A stretch of DNA of 64,000 bases from Octopus vulgaris. Taxonomy: Eukaryota. The stretch is taken from the NCBI GenBank assembly GCA_951406725.2, contig OX597826.1, positions 12,462,001 through 12,526,000 on the forward strand. Direction: 5' to 3'. A program made the translations under genes and the position numbers. Below, piece by piece: positions 56,003 through 64,000 of this stretch (the stretch's first letter is position 1; each line of letters begins with the position of its first letter). The notes under the pieces were generated by a model, which saw only the letters and a list, made by a program, of their open reading frames with translations, was not told where the DNA came from and did no database searches.

Positions 56003-56197
56003 ATTTATATATAGAGGGCATTATTATACATACATGCCACACGCTAAGAGGGACAAAATTAGTCATTTCTACCAAAATTTTACTAATCCCACCGATTAGT
56101 GGGATTAGTAAAATTTGGTGGGATTAGTAAAATTTTTGGTAGAAATGACTAATTTTGTCCCTCTTAGCGTGTGGCATGTATGTATAATAATGCCCTC

Positions 56198-56208
<11 letters not shown>
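56003..56208. repeat. Near-perfect ~91-bp inverted repeat
   Basis: arms 56003-56093 and 56117-56208 differ by one T indel. Confidence 0.95.
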
Positions 56209-56233
<25 letters not shown>

Positions 56234-56423
56234 CAAATTAGTAAATAAATGGCACAACAAAGTACCGATATTTACTGGAAATAGCGAACGTAAAAACACG
56301 ACGCTAATGTGTAGCTTCACCGCGTATGTATTAGCAAAAATGCGTGTGTGCAACAAAATAGAGAAAAAAAACCGTCTTACCTCAGGGAGAAATAAACATA
56401 CATATATATATGTATCTATCTAT

Positions 56424-56486
<63 letters not shown>

Positions 56487-56559
56487 AGTCCATTTTTAAA
56501 GGAGTAGCGTTTACACTAGTCTTGATAGAATTGACATATAGGTTTTATTCTAGCAAAAA

Positions 56560-56597
56560 CTGTCCGACGAACGGGAACGTGAAACCCATAGTAACAG
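56560..56597 (+). ncRNA. Minimal type I hammerhead-like motif (U4C core)
   Basis: CTGT-CCGACGA-ACG-GGAA-CGT-GAAAC-CCATA-GTA-ACAG, inside a (TA)n-flanked cassette (56485-56632). Confidence 0.65.
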
Positions 56598-56631
56598 GCT
56601 TTGTTGAATTTTCTGCTGCTTTTAAATAAAG

Positions 56632-56690
<59 letters not shown>

Positions 56691-56853
56691 CTGTCTATCT
56701 TTATATATATATATATATAGCTTAATAAAACAGTTTGCTTCAATGCTATACTGTAAAGGAGGATTACAGTCGTCAACTAAACATGACGATGAGTGTCAAG
56801 AATATATGTGCTTTATAACAGCATTGGAATATTTTAGCTCTTATTTCTAGTAA

Positions 56854-57071
56854 TATTTTCTACTCTAGGCACATCGCAACTAGTACTTAATTTATCGACC
56901 CCGAAAGGGGAATTTGAACTCAGAATGTAAAGACAGACGAAATACCTATTTCTTTACAACCCACAGGGGGCTAAACACAGAGGGGACAAACAAGGACAGA
57001 CACACGGATTAAGTCGATTATATCGACTCCAGTGCGTAACTAGTACTTATTTAATCAACCCTGAAAGGATG
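56854..57071 (-). mobile_element. Partial composite SINE A
   Basis: same GAAATACCTATTTCTTTAC junction as 1455-1473. Confidence 0.85.
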
Positions 57072-57092
57072 TAAAGTATATATATATATAGA

Positions 57093-57240
57093 CAGAGTTT
57101 ACGAAAACAAATAAAAGACGAATACAGGTGGTGTACAAAACAAACAGATGTATTAGTATAACGCTCAAGAATAGAAAAAAGTCTTTTACGTTTCGTGCCT
57201 ACGCTCTTCTACAGAAAGGGACACAGAAAAAAACAAAATA
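57093..57240 (-). mobile_element. (TA)n-flanked cassette with hammerhead-like motif
   Basis: copy of 21865-22045; minus 57183-57217 TTT-CTGTAGA-A-GAGC-GTAG-GCAC-GAAAC-GTA-AAA. Confidence 0.65.
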
Positions 57241-57246
57241 TATACA

Positions 57247-57375
<129 letters not shown>

Positions 57376-58749
57376 CGTGTGTGTGTGTGTGTGTGCGTGT
57401 GTGTGTGGTTTAGAAACATACCTAATATATGCAATTTGTTGCTATTGCCTATTGTACAAAATATTCCCCTTGATTATTGTCCCTTTCTCTGTATCAATTT
57501 CATTACACAGAAAGATTTCACTTTGATTAGATCGTTTGAAAGATTTCTGTACAACGAAAATGTTTGGAAATTTACGTTGATGAAACTCAATACGGCAACA
57601 AAGTATACGTGAATAAGTATGCCATCATTATTTTTTTACTAACCGTAACTCTTTTATCGATTTTTGTTTTTATTATGAGATTCTGAGTTTGAGATAGCTA
57701 AAATTACGTATATAACTAAACGGGAAAACACAGCCTATATACGGGACATAATGCGGAGGAAGAGATATCATTACTTGAAGTGAAACGACTCCAGATACGA
57801 CTCACTACTTTTGAGATAGCATGTAAGAATAAACAGAAATAATGTTTGTTTAACCATGTTAATTGCTGATATATCTATTGGAGACTGATGGAGACATATA
57901 CTGCTTGTATCATTTGTAGAAAATGAAAACTGAATTATTCTGGAGACACAAATGAATAAATCTTGCTGCAATAATGCTTATGAAGAATGTATATTTCCAT
58001 TTTACAAAGTGTTGTCTCCTAAATATCTGATATTTATTCAGGAAAGTATGAAAGCTGGATCAGCAATAAATTATCAAAATATTTTTACTTAGTAGAAACC
58101 AGTAATAGACAAAATTGATGATCTGAGCCAGATTCGTCTAGCTCACATATGCGTCATCGCGACATAACGTCGCCTTAGATTTTTATACACCATGTTTGTC
58201 GTGTATGTTCCTGTGGTTTACTTTGTCATATCAATGTAAATAAAATCAGAGGAATTCCATCAGCCTGTCGGAGAATTGATTTGTGTTTTGGATGGGTGGT
58301 TTGTTGGTGGTTACAACGCTCCTTCGTTTATATATATCTCTCTCTCCCTCTGTGTCTCTTGCACGCTCTCCCACGCGACACACGCTGAGTCTCTCCTGCT
58401 CTTTGCTTGTTTCCCCGTGATCGATGAAATCAGTGAATGTCTACATACATTAAAATATCGAAAATAAAAGATACAACACAGGAATCTAGGTCTCGAAACA
58501 GATTGACGCTGAAAGAGTAATACGTAGAATTCATCCCAATACAATTCTCTTCTATTTGCCGTCTGTAGATAAGTTATCGAAGGCAGCTTCAATTGATTCG
58601 AACGACCTTGTAAGTACTTCAATTGATAAAGCATGCCTCTTCACTGCTTCTGTTAATGACATCTGCTGACAGATGCATATTTTGAAGTATTTCATTATTA
58701 ATACACACATACCAAGAAAATACAAATTGTATGTATATATGTATGTAGG

Positions 58750-59113
58750 CAGAGCAGGATTCATAGGGGTGCGAAGGGGGCAATTGTCCTGGGCAATAGG
58801 GAATATTGGGCGGGGGGGAAGGCATGCTACGCATGTGTGTGTGTATGTTATGTACGTATGTATGTATGTATCTGAGTTTTTGTGTGTATGTATGTGTGTG
58901 CGCGTGCGTGTGTGTGTGTGTGAGTGAATGTATATAAAGATAAAAAGTTTGAGAGGAAGAAGTTATTGTCTCTGGGTCAGATTACTTCTTTCAATGCATC
59001 ACTGAGCTTGACCGATCATAGTTAAAGGCACACATACGCATACACACACACACAAATACACACACACACACACATGCACACACACACAAATACACGCACA
59101 CACACATGCACAC

Positions 59114-59161
<48 letters not shown>

Positions 59162-60784
59162 ACGTTTCATGAAAACTGGTTTTATTTATGAAACAAAGAT
59201 ATGTTCCGAAATTTAAATTTTTAATTTAGTTTTATTTATAAAATTCCATCTCAACAGCTAAAAGCATTTTTTATTCGGTTTTAGAATTGTTGCTTATATA
59301 TTCAAATTTTTTTCCTCAATTTTTTACTGTTCTTATTTTTCCCTATATTTTTCATTATTCTGTCAAACACTTGCAATTACTATATGGAAGTGGAGCAAAA
59401 TTGGTTACTGGGTCAAAATGAATATTTTCTGTATTCTTGTTATTTTCTCCCTACGTGTTTGAAACCATTACATAGCAATTATTGAATTCCCATTTTGTAC
59501 CATTAACCATCTTTGGGAGTAAAAATTGATTAGTATAGTTTACGTAAGGTGACAGGTACTTTTTTTCAAGAAACTTTTCTTCAAATATCTGGATAATTTT
59601 TGGTGTTTAACCATCAACATTCTTTTCTTTGTTTGATTCCACATCAATTTTTTTTCCAAACTAATATCTAATTGGATAATCTTCAAGTTTAAATAATGTC
59701 TAAATTGGGGCAAAATGACCAATTCTAGTAATTACTTCGTTTTCACTGCAGAGTGCATAAATATACAAAGAAGAAATCTACTCCAGCAGATTCCGAGGAA
59801 ACTATAGTGAATATTATATGTTGAGGTTTTGGATTTAGTTGGGTTTCGTAAATTTCATGTGCTATTTTTCCATAATTGTCTCTCATTTGACCAGGATATT
59901 TGAATTTTTTGTTACATTTCTGACCATTCTGGTATCTAAGGATGCATGTTTATGTGAATGAATCTTTTTCCAAATCTAATTCTGGAGAACTGGAAAGACG
60001 AATTTAATTTATCTGGTTTTACTAATTTTTCCCCGCCAAAATTTGTCTTCTGCATGCTCAAAGAGAACAGTGATAATTTTCTGAAATAATGTTCATAAAT
60101 ATGTCATAGGTTTTACTACATTTGGAGGTCTTTACTTAGCTGATATACTTTTGGCAAGGTAGTGAACATTTGTAAAAAATATTTTTTTCTCAGAGTCAAA
60201 AATGCAGTAAATATTACTCATTGTGCCCCATCTACCCTACTGGAAAATGGAAAGGCAGATTTTGAGAAATAGCTGCTTGAATTTTCCCATTTTCGCAAAA
60301 CAATGAAGGGAAGCCGTTTTAATTTCCATGTTTTTTTAAATGGTGGAGTCTCACTCGCACACTCACCATGCCTTTGGAAACAGCAGCAACCACAAAAATG
60401 ATTTTATTTCATTTTCGTAATTATTTGTCATTTTATTTTATTCAACGTTCTAGAACATTTATAACTCACATTAAAAGGAAAAAAAATTCTTACCCCTTCT
60501 TCTCCACTTCTTTTTACTTTTTATGATGAAGGAAAAGTCAAACACCACAAGTGGATTTGTGAAAAACGAAATTTGAATTTTGAAGTGTATCTATAAAGCG
60601 ACATTTTCAGTCATTTTGAGTCATTTATTTAAACTTTCTCTACTAACTCGTCAAATTAAATTACACGAAATAGATGGAATTTGCGATTTAAATTTGATAA
60701 TTTTCTAAGATTTTAATTCTTGTGTATAAGGGGCCTACAGAACTTGGAATGCCCTGGATCCCCCATAGTTTAAATCCGGTCCTG
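58750..60784. mobile_element. Decayed hAT-like DNA transposon
   Basis: termini CAGAGCAGGATT / AATCCGGTCCTG (CAGGGCCGGATT-type), GC-rich subtermini, 8-bp TSD TATGTAGG/TATGTATG (7/8). Confidence 0.65.
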
Positions 60785-60832
60785 TATGTATGTGTGTGCT
60801 TTTATGTATATGTGTGTGTTTATGTATGTAGT

Positions 60833-60896
<64 letters not shown>

Positions 60897-61329
60897 GCAG
60901 GTGCAGTAAGGTCGAATGTTTCAAAAATTTGCTTCGCAACAACTAAGTACTAGTTTCGATCCTACTTCGTGGGGGTCTTGAAACATCTTGTCTATCCATG
61001 TTTTATGGATGAAACTGTGTCGGGAGAAACTGTATAAAAATCGGTCAGATGCTTGTATCAGCAATTCTAAAAGAAAAATCCTTGACACACATAAAACATT
61101 TCTACCAGAAAATTACATGAAACGTACGCGTCTTTCACTTTCTCTCCCTTTCCCTCTCTCTCCTCTCTCATTTGAATGTTTAGCTATTCACATGTTCATT
61201 CGGGAGCGGATAAATCGGTTGACCAAACAATAGAATCCTCATCGTCGAACGACGAAGATTCCCGCCTTACTATATATCGCAAGACATAATCAAAGAGACC
61301 TCAAAGCAAAAATTTTATTTTATATATGT

Positions 61330-61494
61330 GGCGTAGGAGTGGCTGTATGGTAAGTAGCTTGCTTACGAACCACATGGTTCCGGGTTCAGTCCCACTACGT
61401 GGCACCTTGGTCAAGTGTCTTCTACTATAGCCTCGGGCCGATCAAAGCCTTGTGAGTGGATTTGGTAAACGGAAACTGAAAGAAGCACGTCGTA

Positions 61495-61551
<57 letters not shown>

Positions 61552-61780
61552 ATATGTTTGTCTGTCTGTGTTTGTCCCCCCACCAACATCGCTTGACAAC
61601 TGATGCTGGTGTGTTTACGTCCCCGTAAGCTAGCGGTTCGGCAAAAGAGACCGATAGAATTAAGTACTAGGCTTACAAAGAATAAGTCCTGGGGTCGATT
61701 TGCACGACTAAAGGCGGTGCTCCAGCATGGCCACAGTCACGTGACTGAAACTAGTAAAAGAGTAAAAGAGTAAAAGAGTA
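61330..61780 (+). mobile_element. SINE family B, full length
   Basis: GGCGTAGGAGTGGCTGTATGGTAAG head, GGGTTCAGTCCC B-box-like, CORE-like CACCTTGGTCAAGTGTCTT, internal (TA)n(TG)n, (AGTAAAAG)3 tail. Confidence 0.92.
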
Positions 61781-63109
61781 ATATGAGTCATTCCACAACT
61801 TTTAAAGAACTTGACCAATGCTTATAACCCAAATACATGCTAAAGGCTATATACGTATTGAAAACCTGAAATATTAAAGACAAACTTGAATAAAACAAAT
61901 ATACTACACCGGACCGCTGCAAATATTCTAGGGATACGGGATATATAAACTCGTTATTTACATACAATAAGGTAAATGACCAGAGTTTAGCAGTATTATG
62001 AGCGAAGTCTATAGCCAGAGTTGCAAGACTCACAATAGTTCTCTGTTTAAAAATCAATATTTTTGGTTTGGGATTCATCTAGCAGGAGAATAATACATCA
62101 AACGTAAACAAAACCGTAGTATCAAGAGATTTTATGATTGTTACTTGGTAGATGTAAGCTAGGGTGTCGGACATTTCCAACCTCTCGTATAGAACACGAC
62201 AGATGACCAACATATGAGCTACCTTTAGCGAATTCGATTGCTAGAACGACACAAACACGTCAATGACAGTTATGTATTAATAAAGACATAATCAATAAAA
62301 ACAAGGGGATAATTATCATCATGCGTAATTAAATGCGTAACCGGAAAACATCACTGATTATTTGTAATTAATTACGTGCGTTTCAAACCACAGGCCAAGA
62401 TATCTCGTATAGAACATCGTTATACGTGAACTTGAACCTCTCCTCTTTCTCTCTCTCTCTCTCATCCTTTCTCTGTCTATACGAGTGTCGGATAAACACA
62501 CACACACACTCGCACGTGTATCAATGCACAGTGTACGTGTTTGTGCATGTATGCATAATTGTAGAGTCGAACATCGTTATAAATATACTGATGGATGTTC
62601 GACATTTCTGTAGACAATGTAATTCATTGTATTTGTCACAGTTTGCTTGTAGTATGCGAAAATATGGATTGCTCCATTCCGAAAATTGCCAATAATAGAC
62701 CAACCAATATATCGATAGACAAATATAAAAGTGTATCTATGTTCAAAACTGATGACTCTTTCATCGATTTATTACTGCAATCTCGTGGACTTATGAAAAC
62801 ACACTCGCATACATGTGCACACACACACACACACATATGTATACGTGTGCACTTAAAGGCAATCGTTAAACTCTAAGATATTATTAAAAACCATTATGGT
62901 TATGGCTAATTATGCATATGATATTTGCATTTATTAATGGGTTTGTGTTTATATAAATGTGCACTTGTTTGTGTATGAGCAAGCAATAGGTTTTAATTGT
63001 TGTGTCCTGCCAAACGCATGAATGCCGTAAGGAAATGCAAAACCGTTTCATCATTCGCCATTTTGCTTTATGTTTAACGTCACATGTCATGGTAAATACT
63101 CGTCTATCA

Positions 63110-63315
63110 TTCATCTTTTACTTGCGGCCATGCTGGGACCATGCTTGGACCATGCTGGGAAACCGCGCTGGCGAGTTTAGTCGGAGAAATCGACTTTTTA
63201 ATCTGGTACTTGTTCTATCGTTCTCTTATACCGAACGGCTAAGTACGAGGACATAAACAAACCAACATTAGTTTTCAACCGCTGTGCGGACAACCATAAA
63301 ACATGCACACACGCG

Positions 63316-63354
<39 letters not shown>

Positions 63355-63550
63355 ACACACACATTCTCACACATGCGCACACAAATATGACAGATTACTA
63401 CATAGTTTCTATCCAGAAAATTCATTCACGAGGCATTGGTCGACCCGGGGCTGCATTAAAAGACAATTGCTGAAGGTGCAGTGCAGTGAAACTGAACCCC
63501 AAACCCACATGCTTGCAAAACGTGCTTATCCACCTCATAGCCATACCTGC
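63110..63550 (-). mobile_element. SINE family B, old diverged copy
   Basis: GCGGCCATGCTGG tail, internal (CA)n, ACTGAACCC..CACATG..AGCCATACCTGC head in reverse. Confidence 0.75.
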
Positions 63551-63710
63551 ACTTCTAAAAATAGAATCCAAATATAAGATCAAATGAATACACCCTAGTA
63601 CTTTCTTATTAGGATATTTTCGGTTTGAACGGCAGTTTTTGCTAAAGGTGTCATATGAAATTGCCACCCATAATTATGACTCTAGAATCGATCTAATGCA
63701 TTTCAATGTT

Positions 63711-63746
63711 TTAGGGTTAGGGTTAGGGTTAGGGTTAGGGTTAGGG
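63711..63746 (+). repeat. Interstitial telomeric repeat (TTAGGG)6
   Basis: six perfect units. Confidence 0.95.
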
Positions 63747-64000
63747 AAGGGTATCTTTTTTTCTTCACAAATGTAAATAAACCCAATCTGTTTCTTAAAC
63801 GAGGGATATACTCATACGGCACAGAATGTTTTTTTACCTCAATAGACGTCAGTGATTGGTTGAAATTGCAGAAATTGAAGAAAAACAACAACAAATATCT
63901 TTCAAACTATAGAATATTCTCAATAAAGCCAAGAGATAAATATGTTTTATAAACACATTCTACCAGTATACGAAGTTGAAAAGTATTTAATTACCTAGAA

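Noticed and set aside
61330-61405. tRNA gene
   Set aside because: A/B-box-like head continues into a SINE body and tail; no complete cloverleaf
63711-63746. True chromosome end
   Set aside because: Only six units, followed by complex sequence

Overview
AT-rich eukaryotic non-coding DNA. The SINE families, extreme microsatellite load and TTAGGG repeats point to an octopus/cephalopod genome (inference). No intact protein-coding gene is visible, and most ORF-track entries are microsatellite artefacts. The window is a nest of decayed mobile elements: restriction-like-endonuclease LINEs (two R4/Dong-like, one HERO-like), RTE and L1-like remnants, mariner/Tc1/maT/hAT/Mutator-type DNA elements, non-autonomous Helitrons and several tRNA-derived SINE families. 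The most interesting signals are: (1) short (TA)n-flanked cassettes carrying minimal hammerhead-ribozyme-like motifs, with recurring variant cores and near-perfect fold-back junctions; (2) two reciprocal ~170-bp locally templated insertions between neighbouring dead LINEs; (3) a SINE whose 3' end repeatedly abuts GG and forms a stereotyped self-dimer; (4) MITEs carrying telomeric repeats; (5) two possible phase-1 Thr/Pro/Ser-rich micro-exons near 42.6-43.1 kb. Boundaries of degraded elements are approximate.
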